A stretch of 64,000 nucleotides of DNA from Nymphaea colorata (Eukaryota): positions 3,348,001 through 3,412,000 of the forward strand of contig NC_045138.2 of NCBI RefSeq assembly GCF_008831285.2, written 5' to 3'. The notes under the pieces are model-generated. The model was not told the DNA's origin. It worked only from the letters and a program-made list of their open reading frames with translations, and did not search any database. Position 1 is the first letter of the stretch. Every line of letters starts with the position of its first letter. The translations under genes and the position numbers were made by a program. Of this stretch, positions 1 through 14,719 are shown in pieces.

Positions 1-109
<109 letters not shown>

Positions 110-1371
110 TTAAAAGCAAAGGTGGTTCAATGTTTCTGATTAGTGTTAGGCATCAACTGATTCAAATTAACTGCTCCCCAATCTTGTGGTGTTTTGGGAA
201 ATAGACTTAGCTCTGAATGCTATAGGCCAATTGAAATTCTGAACTGAAGTCTGTAGATGTATAGTTTGCTGTTACTGAGAGAGAGGGAGGGGGGAGGGAG
301 GGAGAGAGTCCAACCTGTTAAATTGGCTTGCACAGGGTACCATATCGAGCATCCTCAACCTCGACTCCATTGATGATGTCCACCTGCAAAAGCTATTCTC
401 TAGGGCTACCTGGCCTGCTAGGCAGTCCAAGGCACTAGATTTGCACTTAGAGAACTTCATCAGGCTCGGCTCTTGGCTATAAAGAACTTGATTATGCTCA
501 AAATAGACACATTACTTCCATGAGTATCCACCCCTAGCACTTTCTCATAGGTTATGAACTAGGACAGAACAACTTGGCAAATTATTTGATTTAAAGGACT
601 GCTATGATCTACATATTATCTCAATCGGTTGGATGTATTTTTTGATAATGTTTCCTTGACAGCTTAGAGTTATGGCTCAACAATGTGAAAGCAAAAATTA
701 GTTTATGCCTCGTATTGTTGCTGTTGTAGTTATATGCCTCGCATTGTTGCTGCTGTAGTTCTTTCCTTCTCTCTCCTGTATTCTACATTACTAACATCCT
801 ACGTGATGGGCATGAGAAGAGAGTAGCACAAATATCATTCTCGTATATTTATTGGTAAATTTTCTTTGGAATTTTTTGAGAAAATATCCGAAACTAAAAA
901 TATGTAAAGAATAGTAAAAGAATTTGTAAAATTTTGAGATTTTTGCTAATTTTCTTACAAAATATTGACAAAGATCCAAACTCTCCTTAAAATGTTTAGA
1001 AGACCAGATCATGTACATTTAAAGTACATATAAGAATTTTTTTGGAAAAAAAAAATAGAAAATGTCACACTGTCTTTTTGGTACTATTTTGCAATATTGC
1101 TATGTTTTCTGATGAAACTCTTTTTTTGGATGATGATATCACAATATTTTCAAAATATTGCCAATGTTTAATTGATTAACCTTTGTGAACTGCTTGTGAA
1201 AAGAAGCGTGTTCTAGTAGCTGCTAAATGATTATTTTTTCTATTTTGGATGACTTTTTTTGCACTTGTTGCAGTTTACATCTAATTCCTTGGCTGTATTC
1301 CTGGATTTGCTTATATGTGCATATGATCATTTTTTGCCTACACTGATCTGAGATATTCTTTAAATGTGCAG

Positions 1372-2401
1372 GTGTAACAGTGTTTCTTTGTGGAATGGCA
1401 ATCGCATTGCTTGGCAATGTCTGCCATGCTCCCACTCTGATGCTTGCTAACTTTGTTGCCACTCCAATAGAATTGAGGTACCCTTTTTTGTGTCTTTTTT
1501 ATATGAAATCTGGTCTTTGTTCAATCTTTGAGATGAATTATTGTGGACAAGTTGTCGATTTTAGCCATTGATCTCTCATTTTCATGGATCTACTGTAGAA
1601 TTGATGCTTATTGATATGCAGTTTTTGCGTGAAGTAGGAAGCTTTTTGGTGTTTTGCTTATTTACCAATTTATAGAGAAGATGCCACTGCTTACAATAAC
1701 TTTACGTAAATATTTTTGCTTACTTTCTTCTTTTTTACCAGCCTTGTGGTTCCCTTCTTGCGCTTTGGTGAAGTTGTTACTGGTGGTCCTCATTTTCCTT
1801 TAACGACTGATGCTTTACGTAAGGTTCTCACTGGAGAAGCATCACGAGATGTTCTTATCAGCATCTACCATGCGGTACTAACTTTTTCCCCTATTGGATC
1901 CCGGTTGTAGCTTACATTGGGCTGGTCATTGACTCTTGATTTACCTATGAATCTATGATCCACCAGGAGAGTTGATGGTTGACCAACTCCATTCTGTTTT
2001 TTAATTTTATGATGTTCCCATTTGGGTTTTCTTTTGTGACTATATTTTTCTACAAACCTCCTGCTTCAATTGCTGCCCAAGTCATATGGAGCTTCATTGA
2101 GGTCTCCCTTGTTCCTGTGGTGGACTTGAAAGATGACTTCAAGTCCTTACTGGACGCTCTTTCTTATTTGTTTATCTAGATTTTTAGATTTTGCAAGTTC
2201 ATTCTGACTGCCTCTTGAATATCTTCTTGCCTTCTGCAGTTACTTGGTTGGTTCATTGCTGCTCCAGTCATCCTTGCTGTATTATATGTATTATTCTTCC
2301 CATGCTTCAGGTACCTCATTCGGAAATTTAGCATTCCTTCGGCGCCAAGTGCACCCCTTTATTCTCTTTCTGAGATCAGTGCCAAAGCAAGGGTTGTCTA
2401 A
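1372..2401 (+). CDS. DUF2062-like small membrane protein, 3' exons only (5' part probably upstream of the window)
   Basis: Exons 1372-1477, 1742-1874 and 2240-2401 with GT-AG introns and consistent phases give GVTVFLCGMAIALLGNVCHAPTLMLANFVATPIELSLVVPFLRFGEVVTGGPHFPLTTDALRKVLTGEASRDVLISIYHALLGWFIAAPVILAVLYVLFFPCFRYLIRKFS...ARVV*. The N..TPIEL.L motif and hydrophobic helices resemble plant DUF2062 proteins (recalled). Confidence 0.8.
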
Positions 2402-3740
2402 CACGCTTGTTTTTCTGTTTTAACTTTGACTTGTATATTACCTTTGTTGGCCAGCTCCTCTGTATATAACTGTAGCCTGGCAAATTGCATTGTTGAAATG
2501 CTGAAATCTGTTGACCGATTATTTGATTACTTAAAACTTCTCAGATTGATTTCTCTCTCTCTCTTTTTTTTTTTTTTTTTTTTTCCTTTTTGCTATGTTC
2601 CACGGACCTGTGCATGTGTATCGTGAAAGAGAGAAGTAGAGATGCCAGTAATTTCGTGTGGAGGAGCTCCTCAGTATACATTGTAGAGAAAAGAGTCATC
2701 TTTTGAGAGTGGCTTTTGGTGACAAGTGTTGCTCTGGCCATCAAGCATTGTCAATGAATGACGTGAAGAAAGCTCTGTAACAGGATGGCGGAGTTGGGAC
2801 TTGATCTTAAGCCGTTCACATTACCCTTTCATCACCTGCTAAGGCTTTTGCGAACGTCAGTCTTAAGGGGGTTACCCAGTTAGCCAGTAGAGCTGTTAAC
2901 ATTGTGATTTTGTCCTCTGTGTTAGTGTGGGGGACGATATTATTAATTTTTTCAAAATGTTTCAAAAAATGGATTAGAGTATAAAATTCCCAGCTGTCTG
3001 GAAATGTTTCTCACTTTCGTCTGTTGTTTATGGGATACACTATCAGGAAATCGTCTCTTTGTTTTTTTATTTCATCTGAACTCTCAAGTTAAATCTTTAT
3101 TCTTTATTGTAATTTGCCCCATAACCTTCTAGTGATCATTAAAAAGGCTGAGTTGAATACACTGGATTCATTTCACATGTCTTTCTTAGTGTAAAACCTT
3201 ATCAATCATGTACCCATTATTCAGTTGTACTTTTCCCATACTACATACTGCTCATGACTATGCCAGAAGAGGCTTTGCTTATGTGAATATCTTCAAATTC
3301 ACATGGCAACAGACACTTAAAACATCATATTGGTCTTCAAGGGATAAGTCATAAAATGGTTATTATGTGGGTTGGATCAAAGGCTCAAACTAGAAAGACA
3401 ACTGGTATTCTCTAGAGGACAGAGCCGGATTCCACCATAGATTTTGATCACCATCTGTTTTGCCCCATTAGTATGCCCACTTGTTATTTAAGATGGCAGC
3501 ATCTCTGTTTATTAAGAAACCAATGTCCTATATAACAGAGCAAGAGTTTCATGCTTTGGTAGGCTATATCGGCCAACACGAACTTGTCCACCTGGTTGAT
3601 TACTAAACATGAAAAGTAAAAAAAATCCACCCAGTTCGTTTTCAATCAAACTAATAAACATAAAGCAGAGAATTTCAAGAAACAGACCGCCGTTAAAATT
3701 TAGAAAGCACATTGGGTTCTAGATTATGCCTCTCTCTCTT

Positions 3741-3819
<79 letters not shown>

Positions 3820-5269
3820 TGCTTCCTTTGGATCTTTGCAGGAATCATGCCAAAATTTTGTGGGTGGGAGATCGATCGTTTGCTGCAACTTTATTGCGGG
3901 AATGAATTATTGGATTGGAAATGTTTAATAGAACTTCCAAAACTTTCCTATATTATTGTTACTTTTCATGTCTGGTATGGCTGATTGAATAATAGAAAAA
4001 TCAACGGTTCTTGTTGCCCAAGGATTTGTTGAAAGAAATATAATAAGTTTAGTTTAAAAAATTAATTTGGTGGTACTCGTGGCCTATTGAATAAAATAAA
4101 TAACACATTTACATGACTGAATTAGAGAGAGAGAGAGAGAGTAAGTCTACGTCAAGTTAAATTCTTTAGCGGCGAATAGTCGTCACTAACACCTTAAAAA
4201 TTGTGTCCATCTCACAAGTCTGAGTCACAAGGACGGGGACACTTCCAAGATTTTTTTAGCCTTCGATAAAATAAAATTTTAATGCGTCAGAGTTCTACTA
4301 TTAAATTTTCATCGTTCACGAAAAATAATAAAAAAATGAGAAGGGAACGGAAGAACAGGCCCTTAGAAAAGCGTTCAATCTACGGAAAGAACACGCCCTT
4401 AGAGAAGCCAGAGAGATTATTAAAGTAAGAAACTTGAGAATCCCCAAATGCCAACATGAAGAATTATAAACCTAATTTAAGAGTGATCCTGAAGATAGAA
4501 TAACATGTATTATAACTGAAAACGAGTTTCGATGAACAGTGGAAAAAAGTTGAATATGATCTAAATTGTAGTCATACTTTTCATGCATTCTTATTATTAT
4601 CATCAAAACTTTAAATGGAAGCCTTTTAAGAAGTATTTGGCTGACACCCCAAAACCAATTATTGAATTTATTTCCAAAGCGCTATTTTGGCGGTACTAAA
4701 AATTGGTTTTGCTAAAACTCACTTGTGAAAATGTTTTGTTTTTTATCCCATTATCAGATACACAAAACAATTGTTCAAAGCTGATCAAATAAATTATAAA
4801 ACCTTTTTTCTTACTGCATCATCCAAACGCTACCTTGGGGTTTTTTTGTTTTTTATGGGTTAAGAAACAAACTTCCAACCGACTGTGGAAAGAAGATCAT
4901 AGTCCTTAAGCTTTTGAACCTTTTGAAAGCTATTTCAAGGTCCGCAGCAGGGGTGGAGGCAGGTGTCCATGAGAATCAGAAAAAATATTTATTTTTTATA
5001 TTGACATTTTAAAACAATTTTTTTTCATTTACATATTAACGCCCCTTAAAAAATTGAAATTTATTGCAGGGGCCCTAACCCCGTAGACGTTCTTCAGAAG
5101 ATTTAAAATTTATTACTAGTACCCCTTAAACAAAAATTTCTGGTTTATGTCTGCAATTAAGATATGAGTGAAACTAAGTCTTGTTCTCAAAGAATCGAAT
5201 TTATATTCATGCATGCATGCCACAGGGCTCAATCCACTTTAATACAACAGGTACACTTTCAATACCTTG

Positions 5270-5565
5270 GGCTAAGCCTGGGCATCTGGCCAGCCCGACA
5301 CCCGAAGCCCAAGCTCGGCCCAACCATTCAAACCTGAGCCTGAGCCCGGCCTAGCCCGATTAAATAAAAAATATATTTTTAATATAAAATAATATATAAA
5401 TGTAAGTAATCGTAATAAAATATTGTATTTATATATATAAATTAATAAAATAAATTTAAAAATTATCGGACCCCATCGAGCCACCGATACCCTTTTTCGG
5501 GCCCAGACCCAAGTCGAGCCGGGTACTGGGTACCTACTGGTGGCCCAGCTTGGTGCCCAGCCTCA
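5270..5565. mobile_element. MITE-like element with GC-rich (GGCCC/GAGCC) arms and an AT-rich core
   Basis: Same architecture recurs at about 6560-6810 and 34560-34850. Confidence 0.55.
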
Positions 5566-5798
5566 TCCTGGGCTTATCTCTTGGCCTTAATTAGTTGGTA
5601 TGCCTAGTCCGAACAATTGGCATCTCTTTGAAGTGACATTGAAACTCACTAATGTAGTAAAAGCCAAAATTGGATTTGGATAAGCAACTCTGTCTGTATA
5701 GGAAATTGCCGATTCATGGACTATTTTATAGTTTGAGGGACCATCTTTTAGTTTGTGCACTTGAATTCAGAGACTTTTTTTCGCCCACTAGTCTAAAA

Positions 5799-6073
5799 CA
5801 TAGTTGACAAACTCGTGATTCGGATTCAGATCGACTAATAACCAGTTCATTAGGTCAGCGGGTTGACTCGTCGACTCGGTCAAGTTTTAAAAGAACCTGA
5901 ATCGGGCAAGTCATGCCTAGTCGAGCCGAATCAAGCCAAGTCAGGAGCGAGTCGAGCAAAGTCAGGCCAAATCAGGGGCAAGCCAGACCAATCTTGACTT
6001 GTGGCCAGGTTTTCTAGTGATCCTAGTTGACTCGGGTGATTTCCGAGTCAATTGGACTAATCAGCCAACTATG
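5799..6073. mobile_element. hAT-type MITE
   Basis: TIRs CATAGTTG / CAACTATG; 8-bp TSD GTCTAAAA / GTCCAAAA (7/8); repeated GACTCG/GAGTC subterminal motifs. Confidence 0.75.
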
Positions 6074-7917
6074 GTCCAAAACCTCAATGTTAATAATTTG
6101 ACCTCTAAGGCCTATGCTTGCTTAGACTCAAGTATGGGGTTGATGTTCATAAAAATCAGACCTCGCCTTATACTAATCGCCAGCCCAATCAGCTATGTCA
6201 AACCTCTGGAGACAGCTGAATTGATTATTGGGTACAAAATTAATTTGTGCATTCAAATTTCAATTTCATGTGGAGTTTGATTAAGCAACTTCTTCTAATT
6301 ACTTGGTAGTCTGGTCCTTTTTCAGATTTTGAAAAAACAAAATTTTCCACTTATAATTTTGAATTTTTCAATTTTAGTATTGTAAAAATTTGACAAAGTG
6401 TTGTCTAGCTCCTTAAGAGAGTGTTTTAATTCTTGGAACTAAATATTTGGGTTTAAAACTGATGGGTATTGTATCGGGTACTTTTTTATGGAATTTTTGA
6501 GTGCCTTTCACTTACCTCATTTATTTGATTTTATGAAACTTTTGTTTCAGTCATTGAGAAGTGAGCCGATAAGGAGTTGGGTTTGCACCGACCGATACTT
6601 AAAACCCAAGCTCAAGCCTAGCCCAGACCTGAACTGATTAAACTTATATATATATATAATTAATCATAATAAAATATTTTAACTATATATAAAAATTAAT
6701 AAAATATATATTAAAAATATTATCGGGCCCACTCAGGTTGACCCGATCAATTTTCGGTCCGAGCTTGAGCCCGAGTCATACCGCCGAAAGCCTAGTGAGC
6801 AGGCTTAGTTAATGGGCAAAAAATTTTGGTACTAAAGTTCCTTATAAAGTTTGGTGTTTGTTTGCAGGTAGAACGAGTTCTACCGAATTTGAACTAAAGT
6901 TAAGTTTCATGTATTCGAACAGAGCCTAATAATTTTGAAAATATTGTTTGGCTCCTTAAATTAAAAACTTGTGGTTTGATCGATTTGGCTTTTGTCTAAA
7001 CTGAACAGGTTTGAGTTTGACCGATTCAATTCCCACCGTAAGCAGTGAGATGCGCGACCAATCCTTTTTATGTTTGTTGTTTCGACTCAATTTACAATAT
7101 ATTAAATTAGTTTTCAAGTTTAAAAAGGAGAAAATAACAGGATATGAGCTGGTAGGCTATGATACGTATGCGTGTATGGCCAACATCCTTGTTTTACAAT
7201 TTCACAACAGTGGAGTTGAACCAGCCATGGTTATGGTAGCGCTGTCAATCGTCTAAGCAGTTGGGTGGTTTGCAAGTTGATCCACCTGTCACCTCTGTCC
7301 CTCTGTCTGTGCAGTCCACTTCAGAGATCATCCCCTTTTCTCTGCTTCGCGTTTTCTCGGCCCTCCTTAGATCCTCTCCTTTTTAACCTCACTTTCTCTC
7401 ACTAGGCTAGCACTTCGCCTTTCCGTAATTGGTGGCTGTTCTAGAAATTTAGATGCCTCCCCATGTTGGTGTTTCTTTATTGTGTTCCATATTCAATCTC
7501 AGAATCTAAAAGCAAGAACCCTTTTTCCTCTTATTTTCTGAAAGGTATCGGTCGTGGACCGCGCCGTCCTGGACAATCTTTCTGTTCCTTTTTTTTGTTT
7601 TCTTTTCCTTGTTTCCTTTTCCTTTTGGCATTTGATTCGCTGAGCGGTTCTGATGCACTGTGGATCTATGTGACGGAATTTGCCTCTAACAAGACAAAAC
7701 GTGATAGATTTTTGACAGAAATTGTTGGGGTTCTCTTTCTCATCAGAAGAAAATAAAAAATAGAAGACAGTATTTTGGTACTTAATTTTTATTCTGAAGA
7801 GGCAAGATATAGAACTATTGGGCGGATTTTTCCTCTGAGAGGATTTCTGGTTTAAAAATTGAAGAAAACTTCATTTGTCACATTGTAAGAGATTTAGGGC
7901 TCTCTGGTTTTGGTGAA

Positions 7918-10900
7918 ATGTCCAATAATACTGGTTCGTCCGGCTTCCTAGACGTTTCACCAGAGCTAAAACTCTACCAAGCGTTCGTTGTCTCGGTGCC
8001 CATCATCTTTACATTCATCCTTTTGTTCCTGTTCTATCTTTTCTATCTCAGACGTCGAAGGGTTGATTGGTCGTCGTTGCGCATGAGGACTTCATATCAA
8101 GCCGGAGATCTCGTCTCTACCGTATGTTATCCTATTCTGATTTTCTGTTAGGCTGTGTGATCATGGAAGTTGCTTTGCTTTGCTGTTTACTCTGTTCTTT
8201 CCCTGAAAGCATGTGTTTTCTCTTACTGGTTTCTCAGCCTTCAGGACTGGGATTGAAAAAAGAATTCAGGGAGATGCTTCCAATTGTTATTTATAAAGAG
8301 AGTTTCCTGATCAGAGAAACACAGTAAGTGGATTATTACCATTATGGCTACTCTCTGATAGTCTTGAGAATCTCTTGTTCCAAGGTTATCCTATGTGGGT
8401 TGTTCTTTTCATCGAAGGAGGTCACTGTTTTGTTGTTTGGACTAGAGGACCGTTAAAATGTAAAGACTTAATCGACAGTCTTTTTGATGGAATTCCGGTG
8501 TTCTTCATTTGTTAACGGTCTCTATGAAATGTTCTGCTTTGACTGACTTTGCTTAGGAGTACTGACACTGTTGAACGCCCCCTATTTGGTTTGCTCACTT
8601 TCTGTTATAATGTTAGTATCATGTTTTCTCGAATGTTGGAATTTTATGTTTCTTTCATGAAGAGGAGTTTAGAAAGGCTGGTATCATTCAAGAAGCGAAA
8701 ACGTAGATTAGATAGCTGTAGGCCTGTAATTGGCTTACATTCAACCGCGTATGTCCTTCTTTTGATCATGATTTATGGTTGAATCACTAAGAAGTGTTCC
8801 CTTCTATCCTGGATGTTGTCACTTAGGAAATTGGATTTGCATCACCTGCTATCGCCTTCTATTGGGTTTAGGTCACCTGCGATCATCCCTTCTTCTTGTT
8901 CCATGAGTTGTAATTCATCTTGATATATATGGAATAAAGAATTTTATTCTTGGATCCCATCTTGTATTTAACGAACCCCAAAGGGGTTTCTTCCAATGGG
9001 TCGGGCTTTGCCTATCTGGAAACTAACCAGAGATTACAAACCCATGAGAACCACCTTCTGTGCAATGCAAACCATGTATGGACCGTGGGAGCGAAGGCAC
9101 TAGTCACAGGGTTTTAGGCTTCTTGAGAATGTAAGTCTCACTGCTTTGGTTGCAGTTTCCTACTGTGAAAAATAAAAAAGCTTGTATTTGATAGATGTAA
9201 CCTTTATCATCATTTTGTATCTGAATTTAAACTTTGTCATTTAGTACAATGGTATGATCCATACCCTGATGCAAGTGGTAATCCATGATGGGTCACCACT
9301 AGTTGCTTCAAGCTATTAAGAGGGATGTTCTTGTTTTGAGTTTTATTGCTTGTGGTAGCTCAAAAATACTCTGCATATCTAAAGATTGATTTTTTTTCTT
9401 CTGTGGCTGTGGCTTTATATCTCCTGCGTTTCAACCCTGAGGCAATGTTGCTCGCTTTATTGCACATGGCTGTCCACCACCGAATGTTTATTTGCATGGT
9501 GAAATAATGCTTCCCCTGACCAAGAGAATGAAAGCTGGAAAAGTTGTATTTTTCAATTATAAATTTGTCTGAGGTGGTGTTCAAGCTAACTCCAGAATCT
9601 CCAGATGCTTGGGGCTCAGTGTAATGTGCCAGAGTCAACAAAATAGGGATATGGACGGTTGGTCTTGAGCACGATTGTCCCAAGCTAAACATTCCCACGT
9701 GCAAGCATATGTTTTCAATGATAAAAATATGAGTGCTTGTATTGTAGACTGCTGAAAGAAGCTTAGAGTTGCCTACATAAACTTATCTGGTTTCAAAGTT
9801 GCAAACTGAAGTTTCAATGAATTTTAGACTTGCCTACATAAACTTATGTGTTTTCAAAGTTCCTACTTAGTGAAGTTTGATTAGAAACTTATTTGCTTAA
9901 ACTTTAAAGATGAATACCTCCGTAGTATACTCAATAAAATCACCGTAAGATGTTTCTACTCTATTTAACAAGCTTATATGAGCTGAATGTGTTGTTTATG
10001 CTTGGTCTGGTGAGCCTATGGATATGTGGATGCACTTAGTTGTGTGTCCTCTACTTTTGCAGTTTACATTTTGGTCTTGGCCTTTATATGCTTCTGAAGT
10101 AAATGCAATTCCTTGCATCCAAATTGTGGTTGAGTTGATCGCGAAGGCTTGCAAGTCTAATATTTGTGACACATTCTCTTGGATCGTCTGTACATGTGGT
10201 TTCTCCCACTTGTTCTCTGAAGTTTGTATTAAGGTGGAACATCAATTTTTGTCTAACTTCCGTACCAAATTACTAATTGATGAAGCTTATATTTTTTGTC
10301 TATAGTTTGCTGTGTTTTTGCCAATGCTTAGTGCATAGGTATTCTGTTCTCCCATCTTGTGTATCATGGTAATTAATACCAGCAAGATATCTGAACCATA
10401 GATCTGAACCATAGATTGTTAATGGTTGATGCACCATGATTGACCCAGTGGTTAGCTCACATGAACTATTTATTTGTTGGAGAAACCAACCAAAACTGCA
10501 TCTAAGATACCCAATGGATGTGCTTTTCCTTTGTTGGACAAAGTTCACGGGGAACTGGGTCTTCAACTCTCATGGGAGCAGAGGTAGGACTCCTAGGATC
10601 AACCTCCGCAAACTCTGGTAGGCTTCCCTTGCTTCGGCTTGTGCGAAAGGATGGTGCTCATCATGTGTCTGGATGTTTCTAATAAATTGTTCTGACAGAT
10701 TGTGCTGTAATGGAGCAGACCTATGATTCTATTTGCATTGTGTGCTTCTGGACTTTTTATTGATGACACAAAAATGTATTACTTTTGTATGCACAGATGT
10801 TCTGTCTGCCTTGGGGACTATGAGCCCAGCGACCATCTCCAGCAGATACCATCTTGCGGACACACTTTTCACATGGACTGCATCGATAACTGGCTCACCA

Positions 10901-11064
10901 AGCACACAACATGCCCACTTTGTCGAGCATCTCTCTTGCCAGCAACCAAGGCCATGGATCCCCCCTCGACATCAAATCTTGAAGCTGGCAATGTTGCTCT
11001 GGAGAGAGTTGGAGATGATGTAGTTGCACCTTCACAGAATTCTGATACAGCTCTGCATCTGTAG
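7918..11064 (+). CDS. ATL-family RING-H2 E3 ubiquitin ligase (ATL7/ATL58/ATL59-like)
   Basis: Exons 7918-8121, 8238-8323 and 10797-11064 (GT-AG, phases consistent). N-terminal transmembrane helix (AFVVSVPIIFTFILLFLFYLFYL), basic RRRR, GLD-like GLKKEFREMLP, and RING-H2 CSVC...CGHTFHMDCIDNWL...CPLCR. Confidence 0.92.
8980..9180 (+). mobile_element. Possible SINE-like insertion in ATL intron 2
   Basis: About 200-bp moderately GC-rich block ending in an A-rich tail (AAAAATAAAAAAG); no clear A/B boxes or TSD. Confidence 0.3.
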
Positions 11065-12151
11065 TGGACGTAGAAATGCACTATTGCTGCAGTGTTGAGC
11101 CGGTTTTTTGTAGATACTCTTTTTGTTCTGATAAAAGCCACTGACTGCGTTAATTGGGGCGGCTTCTGTAATCTTCATTGAGGGCCTTCACGTATGGTGC
11201 TTATCCCTCCTTTTCTTGCTCCGGGAGCACCTGTAAATCCAACCCCATCGCATGCAACATGCATGTAGATTTGTCCTTGTATCAAATGGAAAGAGAGATG
11301 GTTTTACCGCTCTGGATGACGCACTCTAGAGAAACAGACCATATATATTTAAGAGATGTGTTATATTTAAGAGCTGTGACACCAATGGCAGGTTTTGTTT
11401 TAAAAGCTCTGCATGGAAATTGGACTATAGAAGAAAGAACTTGTTATGGTTAGAGGAGAAACCACTATTGGTTTAGTTTCTATGATAAACTAGTTTTTTG
11501 TCAAATCACGAGTTGAATGTAGAACTCATTTTGTTACACTATCACTGAGCACCAACCTCACTATTATTGCTTCCTCTGAACAAATACAACAATGTTACTA
11601 AGCTAACCTTTCTAGTATTATGCAAATATGAAGTTCATGCATTCTATGTTCCCAAAAGTTTCACAAGTTCAGTTCCTTTGAAGTGAGATGTTTCACTTCT
11701 TGATGTTGGGGACAATAAATACTATCGATTTATGAATTTTTTTAACTGAGTAAATATAAGGTTGCATAAATTGCCAATAAACCATCCAAATGATGTATAT
11801 GTATATATATTGGCAAATGCCAGACCAATCGGGTAAGGGAAAAAAACAGGTTCATTAAAATTAATTTATTGAAGTACTTTTTTTTTCAATCCAATCTTAT
11901 AGATATGATCTTAAAATTGATTTAGCGAGAAACATATTAATAATCAAAAAATGATGTCTCATATAAAGTCAAAATTTTGAAATGTTGATTGTAGGAAGAT
12001 CGATTGTTTTACAAAAATAATTTGAAACTAAGACATGATTTATATTAAATTGTTATTTATAAACACATTAGGAGGTTCACATTTTATTTAAAACATTTTT
12101 AACATAAATTTAAGAGGTTTGGCTTTTTGTTCCTTAAGTGGTTGGGTATTA

Positions 12152-12213
<62 letters not shown>

Positions 12214-12339
12214 GCATCATGGTGGAAAAATGAAAATAATTGATCCAAGGTAGAGTTGACATCAACCAATTTCGGTGGTAGTGCCATCTCGGCAATGACT
12301 CGGAGAAATCATGCCTGTGACAATCGCCTCCTCCCATCA

Positions 12340-12920
12340 GAGCTTCCTTCAATTTTCCCATCGTCTGATTCCGCTGTAGCAACTGTTTTCAGTTTTCAAG
12401 TCCTGTCTTTCTTCAAAAGAATTTCAATAATCAACTGAATCACATCGAATTGAAATCTTATCTCAGATTGGGAAATTAAAAGTCTGAATTTCTTTGTGGA
12501 TTCTTATCAACCGATTCCAAATCGATGGCGTTGTAACAACTGTTTTCAAAATCCATTTTTGAATCGAATCATTCTTTGAAAGAATTAAGAGAACAACCCC
12601 ATCACATCAAATTGAAATGCCAAAAGTTCTAATTTATCTGTAGATTCTCATCATCTTCTACCAAATTGGTGGAGTCGTTTTCCAGAATCAGCTTCTTGAA
12701 TCGAAACATTCATTGAAATAATTTAGTGAAACAACCAATCACATCAAATTCAAGTCATTTCTCAACCTGAGGGTAAAAATTTTGATTTCTGTCCAAGATT
12801 CATATGATCTGATTCCAGATTGGTAGTGTTGTAGCTACTGTTTCCATAATATTTTGAATCAAATCTTTCTTTGAAAGAATTCAGAGAATCGACAGAATGA
12901 AATCAAATCAAATTATTTTC
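12340..12920. repeat. Degenerate tandem repeat, about 140-160-bp unit, 3-4 copies
   Basis: ATCACATC(G/A)AATT-like motif recurs near 12439, 12601, 12739 and 12901; GTA(G/A)C(A/T)ACTGTTTTC and TTGAATC(G/A)AA recur with similar spacing. Confidence 0.55.
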
Positions 12921-14670
12921 TCAATCAGAAAGCCTAATGCCATGTTTGGATGGAAAAAAGGGAGGAAAATGAACGGATGGAAAGGAAAGAAAGAAAAGGT
13001 GAGAAAGAAGAATGGGAAGGGAAATGAGAAGAAAGCTTTCATTTCCATTCCCATTTCCATCTCTCCAATTTTGGAGGGATTGAATTTACATTGATCTAAT
13101 AATGAGCCATTAAATGCATACATAATTATAGATGTCTACGGGGTTGGGAAATTTTGAGTGCGGGTCCAAAACTGGATCTGTTTAGTCGGATCCAGTAAAG
13201 TAAAATGAGCCTGAATCCTTATACCAATTGAACATTGTTAGGATCTGAACCAGCCCCAGTTAGATCTGAACTCAGCTTCAGAAATTGAAGCCTGGATTTT
13301 GAGTCTGAGTTTGAATCCATCCAACTAAATCAAAACTTCAAAATGGCAGATCCGATCTCATTCCATAATGTTTGGGTCCCTATCATATAGCCGACAGTGA
13401 CCATGATATTGGCATCCAATGCAATTGCTATTGTCTCCCTTCTCAGAAATTTGCCCCATTAAGTTGGTTCCTCATCTCACTGCCACTTCAAATTTGGGTA
13501 GTTGCACCTCAAATAATTTAATGCCTATTTTTGTCTTTTAATTTCAAATCATACATGAGCAAATCCTCGCTACTAAAAGCCTAAAAGTTGGCTCTTGAAT
13601 TCTTCTAATTGGATGTGGAAATTAGTTTTTTCACAATATAAACATCTTTCAAAAGTTTTAGTAGATTAATTAAATTTTCTACTGTCATAAAATCATATTT
13701 ACATGTGCAGGAGAGATATTTTAAACGAATTATTTTTAAGTATTGGTTCATTTATCCCTGAGTGGGTTGGAGCAATCGGGCAGGAGCTAGAAGGCTGACC
13801 CAGTCTTTGTTTCGAGCTCTTGTACTCTTTAAAAGAGAGACATGGATATGCAAGTTGAAGCATAGCAAGACTCATTCCGAAGCACCAAAAGCATGTTGGG
13901 TATCCAAGAAGGTAGGAGGAAGGATGGGGAATTTCGAATCACAGCAGAACAATATGATCAAATACTCCTGCTACTTATCCCGCTAAGTTTTGATCCATTT
14001 TGGAACGTGAAGGGATCATACTCAGAATTCATAGAATTGGATGTGTCCTTTATTGGTTTTCACATATTCATATTTGGATTTGAATATGAATGAAAAAAGT
14101 ATTTTATGTTATATCTGAACTGAACTTTCAAATTCACAATCCGAATTTGACTTTTAAATACCCAACTAAATCTGAATCCAACTTTTAAACACACAACCGA
14201 ATCCAAATCACATCATGATAAGCTGAAGACAGACTTTCGTATGATATGAATATTGGATATATGACATTTATTTTAAACTGTATTTGAATTTGAATATGAA
14301 TTATGATTGCATCTGATGTCATTTCTTTAATTTGAGTCCGATCCGATTTCCCTTGCATGCTAAAATTCTTTCGATGTCCAACTTTGTATAAATTAGTGCC
14401 GTTGGATAGCCAATCTGAATTTGATCCATTGGTACATATCCAATATGAACAAGTTCCTCACTGAACATCTTTAGGTTTTGAAAAGTTTCACTTCTTGAAT
14501 TTATTTTCTTGGGGATGCAATGGCTTGGCTATTGGACCATTGGTGATGGTGTTGCCCTTTTTCACCTTTGACACTTTAAATCCGATCGAAATAAATTTCT
14601 TCTGCATTTAAAGGTTTTTATTCTCTCTCTCTTTCTCTCTTTCCCCCTGTCTTTCTCTCTCTCTCTCTCT

Positions 14671-14719
<49 letters not shown>

